DNA from: Clostridia bacterium | GTDB lineage: Bacteria > Bacillota > Clostridia > Oscillospirales > Acutalibacteraceae | Length of the DNA: 64,000 bases | Direction: 5' to 3' | Assembly: GCA_017503135.1 (NCBI GenBank) | Contig: JAFVTQ010000002.1 | Location: 171,502 to 235,501 of the forward strand | In this document: positions 47,577-57,552 of the stretch, piece after piece | Numbering within the stretch: position 1 is the stretch's first letter | How the letters are laid out: the number at the start of each line of letters is the position of its first letter | Translations under genes and position numbers: made by a program | Notes under the pieces: model-generated | The model's input: the letters and a program-made list of their open reading frames with translations, nothing else | Told to the model about the DNA's origin: nothing | Databases searched by the model: none

Positions 47577-48662
47577 TTACCATCTGTTTTCAACATATTC
47601 ACAGAATGCGTACATATCTTTGATTTCAAGCTTTGTGCCGTCATCCAAAGTTACATCGCCATTCCAAAGTCCGTGAACCTGATGTGTGTGCATTCTGCCG
47701 ATTTTCAAGTCCAAATCTGTATGATAATCGAAGAATGGTGTCATTGTAAGGTTAAATCTGCCGTCTTCTGAAATGAACACCCATGGGTCCATATATTTAT
47801 CATCTTTAGGGAATGTTTCAACGTCAACTGCGCCGAATTTATGAGCTTTACCGTCAAAGAACAAGCAAGTTTCAGTTGCATTGCTTTCGTCACCGATTGC
47901 CCAAGTAATTTCAAATGAGAAAAGGTGCTTATCACCTTTTGCATCAGTGAGATACTGTGCACCTGCGCCCCAATACCAAACCATTTCGTGAATTGTGTTA
48001 ACGCGGCCCCAGTCAAGAAATGCGAATGTGTCTTCTTTTGAGAAATCATAAGTATCGTTGCCGATTCTCATTGTACCTGCACAAGGCATACCAAGTTGCT
48101 TTGTTGTCATAAAGTAACGTGTTGGGTCTTCTTTAAATGGAAGAACTGTTGTGATGTTTTCAAAGCCTTCTGGAATATCCATTGTGAAATCACATTCAAC
48201 AACGCCACGGTCTTTTGTAACGCATCTAAACCAGAGTCTTCTTGAAGTTTCTCTTGTATCAAAATCGAGCTCTGCGCCACCGCAATTAAGTTTAAGACGA
48301 TTTGGCACATCACCTTTCTTTGGTGGAATAAACTTGTCACCCAAGAAGAATTTTGTGCAGTCAATAATTTCATTGCCGTGTTCAATGTCAATAAGCTTTG
48401 CTGTTACAAAGCCTGCCATATTGATGTTTGCAAAGTTGAGCTGCACTGTGAGCTTACCGTTAGAAACCTGATAAAAATCCCATTCTTTTCTGCTGATGAG
48501 ACCTTTTTTTACAAGATTTCTGTCATACTCAAACACATTATGTCTTGCCCAACCCTTAGCATTCAATGTGCCATCAGCATTAAGCAATGGTGTGCTTTCA
48601 GTATATTCAATCTGTTTTGATTTTTCAGGCCAATCCTGAAAAGGAACATAGGTTCTTTCCAT
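47577..48662 (-). CDS. DUF2804-like hypothetical protein
   Basis: A 361 aa soluble protein. Assigned from memory of the family pattern (NAKGWARH...FYQV...LDWGRV...WYWG), so only moderately confident. Confidence 0.5.
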   Translation of the reverse strand: MERTYVPFQDWPEKSKQIEYTESTPLLNADGTLNAKGWARHNVFEYDRNLVKKGLISRKEWDFYQVSNGKLTVQLNFANINMAGFVTAKLIDIEHGNEIIDCTKFFLGDKFIPPKKGDVPNRLKLNCGGAELDFDTRETSRRLWFRCVTKDRGVVECDFTMDIPEGFENITTVLPFKEDPTRYFMTTKQLGMPCAGTMRIGNDTYDFSKEDTFAFLDWGRVNTIHEMVWYWGAGAQYLTDAKGDKHLFSFEITWAIGDESNATETCLFFDGKAHKFGAVDVETFPKDDKYMDPWVFISEDGRFNLTMTPFFDYHTDLDLKIGRMHTHQVHGLWNGDVTLDDGTKLEIKDMYAFCEYVENRW

Positions 48663-48850
48663 AAATCCAATCTCCTTACTAAAATTTTCCTTAAAAATAT
48701 TATACTGCTAATGTTTTACTAATGCAACAGTTTTAACAAAATATTTTAGTCTCTTAAAGCGCTTTTTTGTATGCTTCACTTGGCTTTTTCGTTGAAGAAT
48801 AGATATAAATATGATATAATTTATTGAATTTTTATTTAGGAGTTTTATTT

Positions 48851-50209
48851 TTGGCACGAAACAAAATTATCGATATGACTCGTGGGCCATTGTTCCACAA
48901 TATAATTTCATATACAATCCCAATTATGCTCACAGGATTTTTACAGTTACTTTTTAACGCGGCAGACCTTATTATTGTTGGTCAGTTCTGCGGAAGTATC
49001 TCTGTTGCGGCAGTTGGTGCAACAGGTGCTATCACCAACCTTATAGTAAACCTTTTTATTGGTCTTTCAGTTGGTACTGGTGTTGCCGTTGCGCAGGCTT
49101 TGGGTGCAGAAAATAACCAAAAAGTTCACCGTGCAATTCACACTGCTATCCCAACCGCTCTTGTTGGTGGTGTAATTTTAACCATTGTTGGTGTGCTTTT
49201 CTCTGAAACTTTTCTTAAATGGATGGATACACCCGCAAATGTTTTGCCACTTTCTGCACTTTATATGAAGATTTATTTTGCAGGAATTATCTTTATGATG
49301 ATTTATAATTTTTGCGCATCAATTCTTCGTGCAAGTGGTGACACAAAATCTCCTCTTATATTCCTCACTATTGCAGGGGTCATCAATGTAGCACTCAATG
49401 TGATTTTTGTAACAGTTTTTCACCTTAACGTTGCAGGTGTTGCATTGGCAACAACAATTTCACAAGCTGTTTCTGCAATCTTGGTTGTTATTGCTCTTGT
49501 AAAGAGAAATGATGCTTGTAAGTTGCAATTCTCAAAACTTCGTTTTTATAAAGACGAGCTTTTGCAGATTATTAAAATCGGATTACCCGCAGGTATTCAA
49601 GGCTCACTTTTCTCAATATCAAATGTAGTTATTCAATCGTCAATTAACTCATTTGGCGAGATTGTAATGTCGGGTAACGCGGCAGCACTCAATATTGAAG
49701 GCTTCATGTTTGTATGCCTTAACGCATTCCATCAGACTACTCTAAATTTTACGGGACAAAATATCGGTGCAAATCAATATAAACGAGCAAAAAAGGTTTT
49801 CCTTTTATGTATGTCAAGTGTATTTGTAATTGGTTTGGTGGTATCAATAGGCGTTTATCTTGCAGGTCCGCATCTTTTAAAAATCTATCTTCCCGACTCG
49901 GTTGAAGCCATAAATTATGGTATGGTGCGACTCAGATGCTTGTGCCTTGCATATTGTCTTTTAGGTATGATGGATGTTTCCGGTGGCGGACTTCGTGGTA
50001 TGGGCATTTCCTTTGCGCCAATGATTATTTCAGTGCTCGGTGTTTGTGGTATCCGTATTGGTTGGATATACACCATTTTCCAGATTCCACAGTTTCACAC
50101 TCCTGAATATCTTTATATGTCCTATGCAATCTCATGGGGTGTTACATTTGCTGCGCAGACAATAGCATATTTTATCACCTATAATAAGAAAAAGAAAACA
50201 ACCCAATAA
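48851..50209 (+). CDS. MATE family efflux transporter
   Basis: Twelve-TM pattern with an N-terminal DMTRGPLFHNIISYTIPIMLTG and the GDTKSPL motif. The likely start is TTG 48851, 8 nt after a TAGGAG RBS. Confidence 0.85.
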   Translation: MARNKIIDMTRGPLFHNIISYTIPIMLTGFLQLLFNAADLIIVGQFCGSISVAAVGATGAITNLIVNLFIGLSVGTGVAVAQALGAENNQKVHRAIHTAIPTALVGGVILTIVGVLFSETFLKWMDTPANVLPLSALYMKIYFAGIIFMMIYNFCASILRASGDTKSPLIFLTIAGVINVALNVIFVTVFHLNVAGVALATTISQAVSAILVVIALVKRNDACKLQFSKLRFYKDELLQIIKIGLPAGIQGSLFSISNVVIQSSINSFGEIVMSGNAAALNIEGFMFVCLNAFHQTTLNFTGQNIGANQYKRAKKVFLLCMSSVFVIGLVVSIGVYLAGPHLLKIYLPDSVEAINYGMVRLRCLCLAYCLLGMMDVSGGGLRGMGISFAPMIISVLGVCGIRIGWIYTIFQIPQFHTPEYLYMSYAISWGVTFAAQTIAYFITYNKKKKTTQ

Positions 50210-50257
50210 TTCAATTTTGCAAAACAAAAGGAGAGTGAAATTCACTCTCCTTTTTCG

Positions 50258-50755
50258 TTAATCTAAAACCATATGTATACCATTGTTTCTTGTTTGACTT
50301 ATTATTGCATCAATAATAAGTACTACTGACAAAACGGATACAGGGTCAACACCATCGACAATATCAACACCATAGGCATCACCCCATGTGAACCATTCCT
50401 TTGAAATTGTTGCGATTGTATAGTCACCACGATAAATTTCATATTCGTGTGCCCAAAAGTCACCAGCAACTTCCCAGTCATAACCATTGATATAATATTT
50501 ATGCTTAAAAAGGGTGATTTGCTTTACAACTTCTGCAACATCTTGACCATTTATTTCTACAAAATATCGTGGCATCAAAGATAGAACTTTTTGGTGAATA
50601 TGGGCTTTATGGTTGTTATCCTTATCAAAAAGGTCAAGCTTCTTACCAAATGAGAAAAAATCACCCTCAACCCAATATGCCTCATTTTCTTGTTCGTCAT
50701 AGATTGTGAATTTGTCAACAAAACTCATAACTTTTTGCTTCATATAGAATTTCAT
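50258..50755 (-). CDS. LURP-one-related (DUF567, tubby C-terminal-like) protein
   Basis: Pattern MKQKVMSFVDKFTIYDE...FSFGKKLDLFD...LMPRYFV...KEWFTWGDAYGVDI. Confidence 0.65.
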   Translation of the reverse strand: MKFYMKQKVMSFVDKFTIYDEQENEAYWVEGDFFSFGKKLDLFDKDNNHKAHIHQKVLSLMPRYFVEINGQDVAEVVKQITLFKHKYYINGYDWEVAGDFWAHEYEIYRGDYTIATISKEWFTWGDAYGVDIVDGVDPVSVLSVVLIIDAIISQTRNNGIHMVLD

Positions 50756-50798
50756 CTTTCACCCTCCGTTCTGCACTTTGCATTTTGCACGCTGCACT

Positions 50799-51368
50799 TT
50801 ATAATGCTTTGCCGTCTTTTGTGAATAATGGTAATTCTTCAAGGAAGATAATGTCATCACGCTTTGCTGCATCGCCTTCAGCAAGAATGAACATTCTGCC
50901 ACAAACAATGCCACCTGCATCGTTAACAAGCTTCTCAACTGCTTTGAGTGATTCACCAAGAGAAACTACATCATCAACGATAAGAATTTTCTTGCCTTTC
51001 ATTAACTCTGCGTCTGCTTTATCAAGATAGAGCTTTTGTTCACCCTTCGTTGTGATTGAGTTAACAGTTGACTCAAAAACACCTGTCATATAAAGCTTTG
51101 GCTTTTTGCGAGCAACGAAGTATTTTTCGTTATTCTGAAGTCTTGCCATCTCGTGTGCAAGTGGAATACCCTTTGCTTCTGCTGTGATTATGTAGTCATA
51201 TTCAGGTGCCTTGTCAAGCAATTCCTTTGCACAAGCAGTTGTAAGTTCAGGGTCGCCGAAAATAACGAATCCTGCAATATTAAGCTCATCATTAAGTGGG
51301 CAAAGAGGTAAATGTCTTTCAAGCCCTGCAATATTCATTTTGTGAAACATATCCATTTTCCCTTTCAT
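50799..51368 (-). CDS. Phosphoribosyltransferase family protein (purine PRT-like)
   Basis: PRPP-binding loop KKILIVDDVVSLGESL. The start is uncertain (51368, 51356 or 51350). Confidence 0.7.
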   Translation of the reverse strand: MKGKMDMFHKMNIAGLERHLPLCPLNDELNIAGFVIFGDPELTTACAKELLDKAPEYDYIITAEAKGIPLAHEMARLQNNEKYFVARKKPKLYMTGVFESTVNSITTKGEQKLYLDKADAELMKGKKILIVDDVVSLGESLKAVEKLVNDAGGIVCGRMFILAEGDAAKRDDIIFLEELPLFTKDGKAL

Positions 51369-51416
51369 TAAAAAATAAAAAACGGCGGATATTTAATCCA
51401 CCGTTTTGCTTGTTAA

Positions 51417-51704
51417 TTAGTTAGCCAATGCGCGACTAAGCCATACTTCTGCAATGTCCATTGCCGCATAAAGACCTTTTTTCTCACTTGATTTAACAAT
51501 TCTCTCACGGGGACTAACATCAGGGTCAGTGTTAAGAAGCTGAATTGAAACTTTTGAAGCAACTTCAACGTCGTCAACAGGTTTAGTTGCAAGAATCTGC
51601 ATCATAATAACATATTTTTCTGATGGGTCGCCATAATAAAGGGTATTGCCGTTACGAACTAATGGCTTGCCTTTATAAGTGAGGAACTTTTCGTTTTTAG
51701 CCAT
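51417..51704 (-). CDS. Hypothetical protein (95 aa)
   Basis: An intact ORF with an AGAGGTG RBS. I do not recognise the family. Confidence 0.5.
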   Translation of the reverse strand: MAKNEKFLTYKGKPLVRNGNTLYYGDPSEKYVIMMQILATKPVDDVEVASKVSIQLLNTDPDVSPRERIVKSSEKKGLYAAMDIAEVWLSRALAN

Positions 51705-51721
51705 GAAAATACACCTCTTAA

Positions 51722-51985
51722 TTATTTGATTTTAAGATATTCTTTTACAAGGTCTTGCAAAAGTTCATCTCTGTCAAGGCGGCGAATAAGACTTCTTGCA
51801 TTGTTATGAGTTGTGATATAAGTTGGGTCTTCTGAAAGAATATAACCAACAATCTGGTTAATTGGGTTATAACCTTTTTCAACCAAAGCATCATAAACCT
51901 GCATAAGAGTCTGTTTAGTAGCCTCTTCACGCTCATCCTTTAATGAAAACTGTATTGTCTTGTTAGGGTCAAGCATTTGCGCCAC
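51722..51985 (-). CDS. ireB: IreB family regulatory phosphoprotein (UPF0297/DUF965)
   Basis: TIQFSLKDE....[45 protein letters not shown] is the conserved IreB pattern. Confidence 0.85.
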   Translation of the reverse strand: MAQMLDPNKTIQFSLKDEREEATKQTLMQVYDALVEKGYNPINQIVGYILSEDPTYITTHNNARSLIRRLDRDELLQDLVKEYLKIK

Positions 51986-52086
51986 CTCCTGATAATAATT
52001 AAATATATTATATACTTTATTTTATTAAATTACAATAGTAAAAAGAAAAATAAAAATCCAAATTGCAAGAACAGTCTATTTTTTAA

Positions 52087-52248
52087 TTAGACAAATTAGG
52101 GTTTGTCTAACTCTTTCCCCCCTTCCGTCACTCGCTTTGCTCGTGCCACCTTCCCCTCAGTGGGGGAAGGCTATATTAGGCTCCCCACTTGATGGGGAGC
52201 TGTCACCGTAAGGTGACTGAGGGGTTCGATAAATTCAAATTTGTCTAA
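52087..52248. repeat. GC-rich hairpin-dense intergenic element (MITE/REP-like) flanked by 9 bp direct repeats
   Basis: TTTGTCTAA at 52102-52110 and 52240-52248 flanks a 129 bp GC-rich block. The block contains perfect hairpins CCTTCCCC..GGGGAAGG, GCTCCCCA..TGGGGAGC and GTCACC..GGTGAC, plus a long-range CCCCTCAG/CTGAGGGG pairing. Confidence 0.6.
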
Positions 52249-52333
52249 ATAAATGTTTATCCTTAATTGAATTGTTTTATTGGTTATGATACAATAATTT
52301 TAATTCGCAAAATAAATAGGGAGAATTTCAACT

Positions 52334-53281
52334 ATGCACTTATTAAAAGTTGATAAATCACATTATGTGGGTCAAGCCGACCCTTATATTTTAAAGAGTA
52401 ATGGAAGATATTATATCTATGTTACAGGGCACGACGCAATTTATGCTTATCATTCAGATAACCTTTTTGACGGTTGGGAATATCATGGTGCTGTTATGAC
52501 CATGCCAAATCACGACTCATTCTGGGCACCAAGCGTTATTGAGCTTGACGGCAAGTTCTATATGTATAACTCAATTGAGATTTATAACGACACACCCGAT
52601 AAAGGTGGTCACAGAGGCGCTATGCACGTGTCTGTTGCAGATAACCCCCTTGGGCCATTCACGGGCACAAAACAGATTTTACACCCATTCTCAATCGATT
52701 CTCACATAGTTAAGAATGAAGCAGGACTTTTTCTTTTCTATTCTGCAAACAGATTTGAGGGTGAGCGAATCGGCACTTGCATTTATGTTGACAAGATGCT
52801 TGACCCATTCACTCCTGCAGGCAACCCGGTTTTAGTTGTTGAGCCAACTCTTGACGAAGATATTTATTGTCGCGACCGCTATAAAAAAGGTCAACATTGG
52901 CACACAATCGAGGGTGCATTCTATTTCAAAGAGGGCGACTGGCATTATCTTATGTATTCAGGCAACTGCTTTGAGCAGCCTACATATTATATTGGATATG
53001 CAAGAGCAAAAACCGATGAAACTGACCTCACAAAAATCAAATTCGAGAAATATCCTGATGAGAATACATATCACCCTGTTCTTAAAGCAAATGAGTTTGA
53101 AGAAGGCACAGGCCACCACTCTTTGATTCACGAAGATGGTCAATGGTATGCAATTTATCACGCGCGTGACTATGACGACGGATTAAACGCAAGTGCATTT
53201 GATGCAAGAAACGCAAGAATCTGCAAATTAAATGTTGAAGACGGAATCATCACAGCAGAAAGATACAAAGACCATATATAA
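52334..53281 (+). CDS. Glycoside hydrolase family 43
   Basis: ADPYILKSNGRYYIYVTG, FWAPSVIELDGKFYMY and EGAFYFKEGDWHYLMYS are typical GH43 blades. Confidence 0.8.
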   Translation: MHLLKVDKSHYVGQADPYILKSNGRYYIYVTGHDAIYAYHSDNLFDGWEYHGAVMTMPNHDSFWAPSVIELDGKFYMYNSIEIYNDTPDKGGHRGAMHVSVADNPLGPFTGTKQILHPFSIDSHIVKNEAGLFLFYSANRFEGERIGTCIYVDKMLDPFTPAGNPVLVVEPTLDEDIYCRDRYKKGQHWHTIEGAFYFKEGDWHYLMYSGNCFEQPTYYIGYARAKTDETDLTKIKFEKYPDENTYHPVLKANEFEEGTGHHSLIHEDGQWYAIYHARDYDDGLNASAFDARNARICKLNVEDGIITAERYKDHI

Positions 53282-53285
53282 AAAT

Positions 53286-53318
53286 AAGGTTATCCGAATC
53301 GGATAACCTTATTTTTTT
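53286..53318. terminator. Bidirectional terminator shared by GH43 and rubredoxin
   Basis: AAGGTTATCCG-aat-CGGATAACCTT followed by T7. Confidence 0.75.
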
Positions 53319-53472
53319 ACTCTTCTGAAAAATTGTCTTTGCCTACACCACAGAGTGGGCAAACAAAATCTTCGGGAAGGTCAGAAAATTTTGTTCCTGC
53401 AGGGATTCCGTTTTCAGGAGAGCCTTTCTCTTCGTCGTAAACCCAACCACAGATATCACAAACATATTTCAT
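53317..53472 (-). CDS. Rubredoxin (51 aa), missing from the ORF track
   Basis: My translation gives MKYVCDICGWVYDEEKGSPENGIPAGTKFSDLPEDFVCPLCGVGKDNFSEE. It has both CxxCG motifs and the conserved WVYD/PGT.F..LP core. GGGAGGTG RBS. Confidence 0.9.
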   Translation of the reverse strand: MKYVCDICGWVYDEEKGSPENGIPAGTKFSDLPEDFVCPLCGVGKDNFSEE

Positions 53473-53495
53473 TTTTTCACCTCCCTTAAAAGTTT

Positions 53496-54647
53496 TTAAG
53501 AAAGTTCGTCTGCCAATGCCTTTAACTGTTTTTCACTGTCTTCGTTTAATGCAGACATTATTCTAACCGTTGATTCGGTATATGTTAAGTTTTTGCACTT
53601 TTCAAGCATTTTAGTCATAACTTTTGTAGCAGTTGGTGCCCAAGAGCCATTTTCAATAAATCCGATTGTGCGATTTTTATAACCACGCTCAACAAGGTGA
53701 TTGATAAACTCACGCATAAATGGAAAAACATCTGAATTATAAGTAGTTGTAGCAAGAACAATTTTGCCATATCTGAAAGCATCTTCAACTGCTTCTGCCA
53801 TATCACAGCGTGCAAGGTCATTAACTACTACCTTTGAGCAACCATTCTCTTTAAGCATTTCTGCAAGTTTTTCTACCGCTTTCTTTGTGTTACCGTAAAC
53901 AGATGTATATGCGATTAAAACGCCGTCACTCTCGACACCATAGCTTGACCAGATGTCATAGAGATTAATGTAATAGCCAAGATTTTCTGAAAGCACAGGT
54001 CCGTGTAATGGACAAATAATTTCTATATTAAGTGCAGATGCCTTTTTTAGAAGTGCTTGCACCTGTGCACCGTATTTACCAACAATTCCGATATAATATC
54101 TTCTTGCTTCACAAGCCCAGTCTTCTTCAACGTCAAGTGCACCGAATTTGCCGAATCCGTCAGCAGAGAAAAGAACTTTATCTGCGCTGTCATAAGTCAC
54201 AATCACTTCAGGCCAATGCACCATTGGTGCTGTCACGAAAGTTAGATTATGCTTACCGAGAGAAAGTGTATCCCCCTCACCGACTACAATTTGCTTATCT
54301 GCAAAATCTGTTCCAAAAAACTGTTTCATCATTTTAAATGCTGCCGCTGATGCAACAATTTCAGCATTTGGATATTCATTCACAAAATTTTGAATATTTG
54401 CAGAATGGTCAGGCTCCATATGTTGAATAATAAGATAATCAGGGTTTCTCTCACCCAATACATTTTTGATGTTAGAGAGCCACTCGTCTGTGAAATTTAC
54501 ATCAACCGTATCCATAATCGCAATTTTCTCATCAATAATTGCATAAGAGTTATATGCCATTCCATTTGGCACATCATATTGACCTTCAAACAAGTCAATT
54601 TTATGGTCATTTACACCTATATATTTGATATCATTTGTAATTTTCAT
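53496..54647 (-). CDS. Flavodiiron protein (FprA-type A flavoprotein: metallo-beta-lactamase + flavodoxin domains)
   Basis: Diiron ligand motif IIQHMEPDHSAN and a C-terminal flavodoxin-like IAYTSVYGNTKK. Confidence 0.85.
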   Translation of the reverse strand: MKITNDIKYIGVNDHKIDLFEGQYDVPNGMAYNSYAIIDEKIAIMDTVDVNFTDEWLSNIKNVLGERNPDYLIIQHMEPDHSANIQNFVNEYPNAEIVASAAAFKMMKQFFGTDFADKQIVVGEGDTLSLGKHNLTFVTAPMVHWPEVIVTYDSADKVLFSADGFGKFGALDVEEDWACEARRYYIGIVGKYGAQVQALLKKASALNIEIICPLHGPVLSENLGYYINLYDIWSSYGVESDGVLIAYTSVYGNTKKAVEKLAEMLKENGCSKVVVNDLARCDMAEAVEDAFRYGKIVLATTTYNSDVFPFMREFINHLVERGYKNRTIGFIENGSWAPTATKVMTKMLEKCKNLTYTESTVRIMSALNEDSEKQLKALADELS

Positions 54648-54759
54648 TTGTTTTTTCCTTTGCTTTCTTATTTTTCATTATTTTAACATATATATACATA
54701 TAAAATCAACTTTTGAATAATAGTATTTATTACCACATAAAATATATGGGGTGATAAAT

Positions 54760-55233
54760 ATGGATAAAAGCAAATTAAAAACTTATGGGTTATTCATTCT
54801 GTTTACTGAGCTGGTTGGTGTTGTTGCAGGATTATTCACATCAATGGGTATGGATGCTTATGATGCTGTCGAAAAGCCTGCTCTTACTCCACCCGATATT
54901 GTTTTTCCTATTGTGTGGACAATTCTCTATGCCCTTATGGGTATCAGTGCAGCAAGAATATGGCTCTCGCCACCCACCAAAGAAAGAAATCACGGATTAA
55001 TCGTATGGGGTGCTCAACTGTTTTTCAATTTCTTCTGGAGTCTGATTTTCTTTAATTTAGAAGCTTATGGTTTCGCATTTATATGGATTCTCATTTTGTG
55101 GGCACTCATTATCGCTATGATTTATATTTTCAACAAAACCGACCGATTAGCAGCAATTTTGCAAATTCCTTATCTAATTTGGGTCACATTTGCCACATAT
55201 CTCAATTTAATGGTCTGGTTGCTTAACAGATAG
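54760..55233 (+). CDS. TspO/MBR family tryptophan-rich sensory protein
   Basis: Five-TM pattern with LTPPDIVFPIVWTILYALMG and WSLIFF. ATG 54760 follows a GGGGTGA RBS. Confidence 0.85.
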   Translation: MDKSKLKTYGLFILFTELVGVVAGLFTSMGMDAYDAVEKPALTPPDIVFPIVWTILYALMGISAARIWLSPPTKERNHGLIVWGAQLFFNFFWSLIFFNLEAYGFAFIWILILWALIIAMIYIFNKTDRLAAILQIPYLIWVTFATYLNLMVWLLNR

Positions 55234-55298
55234 AATATTCCCCCCTTTTATTTTCTGTGTTGTTATGTTACAATACAATTATGAAGGGGGATTTTTTT

Positions 55299-56735
55299 AT
55301 GGGTAAAGTTTTGACACCTGAACAAATCAAGAAAAAGGAATTGCGCAAGGCGAGAGAACTTGCATATTGGCAGAAACAAAAAGCCAGACCTAAGGGTAAT
55401 ACATATTTCTGGTATCTCGTGCTTATTATTGCTCTTATATATGCAGTTGATGAAATCGCATCACAGATTAGCACACTTATGCAGACGGAAATTGCAAACG
55501 ACTTTTTCAAGAGTGAAAGTGCCGTTACACTTCTTAATCTTTTGCAAATTGTGGCAATTCCATTCCAGATTGTCGGCATTTTTTACAGACCACTTGCAGA
55601 CCGTTTTGGTAGAAAGACATTTCTAATCATAAACACTTTTGGTATGTCACTTGCATTGTTTTTGATTTTCCTTTCACAGAATGTTTATATGTATTTCTTT
55701 GCTGCTTGTCTTATTATGTTCTTTATTCCTCACGACATGCACGTTGTGTATATTATGGAGACAGCACCAGCAAAGAGTCGTGCAATAACATATTCAGTTG
55801 TTAAATTCTTTGCAAACATGGCAGTTATGCTTGTGCCTTTCCTTCGTAATTGGTTAATGGAAAGTGCGAGTCAATGGCGCAGAGTATATATGATTCCTGC
55901 AATTGTCGGTATTGTTGTATCCCTTATTGCACTTCTTTTTGCAAGAGAAACAGATGCGTTTATCGATTCTCGTATACGTTACCTTAGTATGACTGAAGAA
56001 GAATTAGAAGCAGAGAAACTTCGCAAATCTGCACAAGATTCTCAGGGTGGCGTTATTGATGCTCTTAAATTCGGATTTGCACACAAACAGCTTCGTTGGG
56101 TATTTATCTGCTTTGCACTTGCAGGTATCGGTGTTATCGGCAGTATGAACTATCAGGCAATTCTTACTCACGGCTATGCACAGAGCCTTTATGGTTCAAG
56201 TGCAAAAGAATTTCTTGACATTGTAAGTGTCAATGAAGTTAATCGAGCAATTGTTCTTTATCCAATCGGTATGGCTCTTTCACAGGTAATTATGGGCTTT
56301 ATCTCTGACAAAAAAGGTAGAAAACCTGCGGCAATTACAGTTGCAGCAAACTGTGTAGTATCGTTCGTCATCTTCGCATTAGGTGCAAGAATGAATTTCT
56401 TAACACCTGAAATTATTGGTTTCTTCTGTGGCACATTCGTTGGTAGCTATTATTCAACAAACGACGTGCTTATTATGATGGCAAGTGAATCAGCACCAAC
56501 AAACCTTCGTTCTTCTGCAACAGCGGCACAAACTGTGGTAGGCTTCGCAGGTTATGCTGTGGGATTTATCACAAATATGATTTTAGCACTTATCTTTGGT
56601 GACAGTGTAATCGGTACAGTTGCTCTTTGTCTTCTTGTACCAAGTTTTGTAATCACTCTCATTGCTCTTATTAAAAACACTCACGAAACAAAAGGTATCA
56701 ACCTTGAAACTGTTACAGGCACCGAGTGGGATTGA
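55299..56735 (+). CDS. MFS transporter
   Basis: Twelve predicted TMs and the MFS loop motif PLADRFGRK. ATG 55299 follows a GAAGGGGGA RBS. Confidence 0.8.
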   Translation: MGKVLTPEQIKKKELRKARELAYWQKQKARPKGNTYFWYLVLIIALIYAVDEIASQISTLMQTEIANDFFKSESAVTLLNLLQIVAIPFQIVGIFYRPLADRFGRKTFLIINTFGMSLALFLIFLSQNVYMYFFAACLIMFFIPHDMHVVYIMETAPAKSRAITYSVVKFFANMAVMLVPFLRNWLMESASQWRRVYMIPAIVGIVVSLIALLFARETDAFIDSRIRYLSMTEEELEAEKLRKSAQDSQGGVIDALKFGFAHKQLRWVFICFALAGIGVIGSMNYQAILTHGYAQSLYGSSAKEFLDIVSVNEVNRAIVLYPIGMALSQVIMGFISDKKGRKPAAITVAANCVVSFVIFALGARMNFLTPEIIGFFCGTFVGSYYSTNDVLIMMASESAPTNLRSSATAAQTVVGFAGYAVGFITNMILALIFGDSVIGTVALCLLVPSFVITLIALIKNTHETKGINLETVTGTEWD

Positions 56736-56760
56736 CAAAAAACTCAATAAAACATATAAT

Positions 56761-56789
56761 AAAACCTGTCGATTTTCGACAGGTTTTTT
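56761..56789 (+). terminator. Intrinsic terminator after the MFS gene
   Basis: AAAACCTGTCGA-ttt-TCGACAGGTTTTTT. Confidence 0.8.
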
Positions 56790-56808
56790 GTTTAGAAAGA
56801 GATTTATT

Positions 56809-57504
56809 ATGAAAAAGAAAATTACACTTTATAGCGAATTTGTCTATGCTTTTGCAATTTTGATTTTATCATTTTCAGTTGCAATGGTTTCTGCAGCTGA
56901 TTTAGGGCTTTCAATGATTGTAGCCCCCGCTTACATACTCAGTCAGAAGCTCCAATTTTTGACTTTTGGTCAAAGTGAATATGTTGTTCAGGCAATACTT
57001 TTTATTGTGTTCTGCATATTACTCAGAAGAGTTAAACTGGTTTATTTCGCATCATTTTTAAACTGTATTGTTTATGGTGCTGTGCTTGATTTATGGCGAA
57101 CAATTATTCCAATGTTCAATCCGTCTATCACAGAGCCAGGTAGTATGAGTATGCCAATCCGTATCACATTTTTTGTGGCAAGTGCATTGATTACAGCTTT
57201 TTCAATCGCTCTGTTTTTCAGGGTTTATCTTTATCCACAGGTTTATGATTTCTTTGTTAAAGGAATAACCGAGCATTTTAAACTTAACCAGACAAAATTC
57301 AAGACAGCTTTTGATTTATCTTGCCTTGCAGTTTCGGTGATTATGACACTTGTTTTCTTCAAAGGCTTTGTTGGAATCGGCATTGGCACAATAGTGTTAG
57401 CGGTTGTTAATGGTAGTCTAATTGGTGGATTTGGTAAAATAATTGATAAGTTTTTTGAGATTAAACCCTTATTTCCAAATTTCGCGAAAAAATTTGATAT
57501 ATAA
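56809..57504 (+). CDS. Polytopic membrane protein (YczE/DUF6198-like)
   Basis: Hydrophobic 231 aa protein starting MKKKITLYSEFVYAFAILI. The track's N-terminal extension spans the upstream terminator. Confidence 0.55.
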   Translation: MKKKITLYSEFVYAFAILILSFSVAMVSAADLGLSMIVAPAYILSQKLQFLTFGQSEYVVQAILFIVFCILLRRVKLVYFASFLNCIVYGAVLDLWRTIIPMFNPSITEPGSMSMPIRITFFVASALITAFSIALFFRVYLYPQVYDFFVKGITEHFKLNQTKFKTAFDLSCLAVSVIMTLVFFKGFVGIGIGTIVLAVVNGSLIGGFGKIIDKFFEIKPLFPNFAKKFDI

Positions 57505-57506
57505 GT

Positions 57507-57540
57507 GAAAAGCTCTCCACAAAATGTGAAGAGCTTTTTT
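57507..57540. terminator. Bidirectional terminator
   Basis: AAAAGCTCTCCAC-aaaat-GTGAAGAGCTTTTTT. Confidence 0.7.
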
Positions 57541-57552
57541 ATGTTGTAATAT

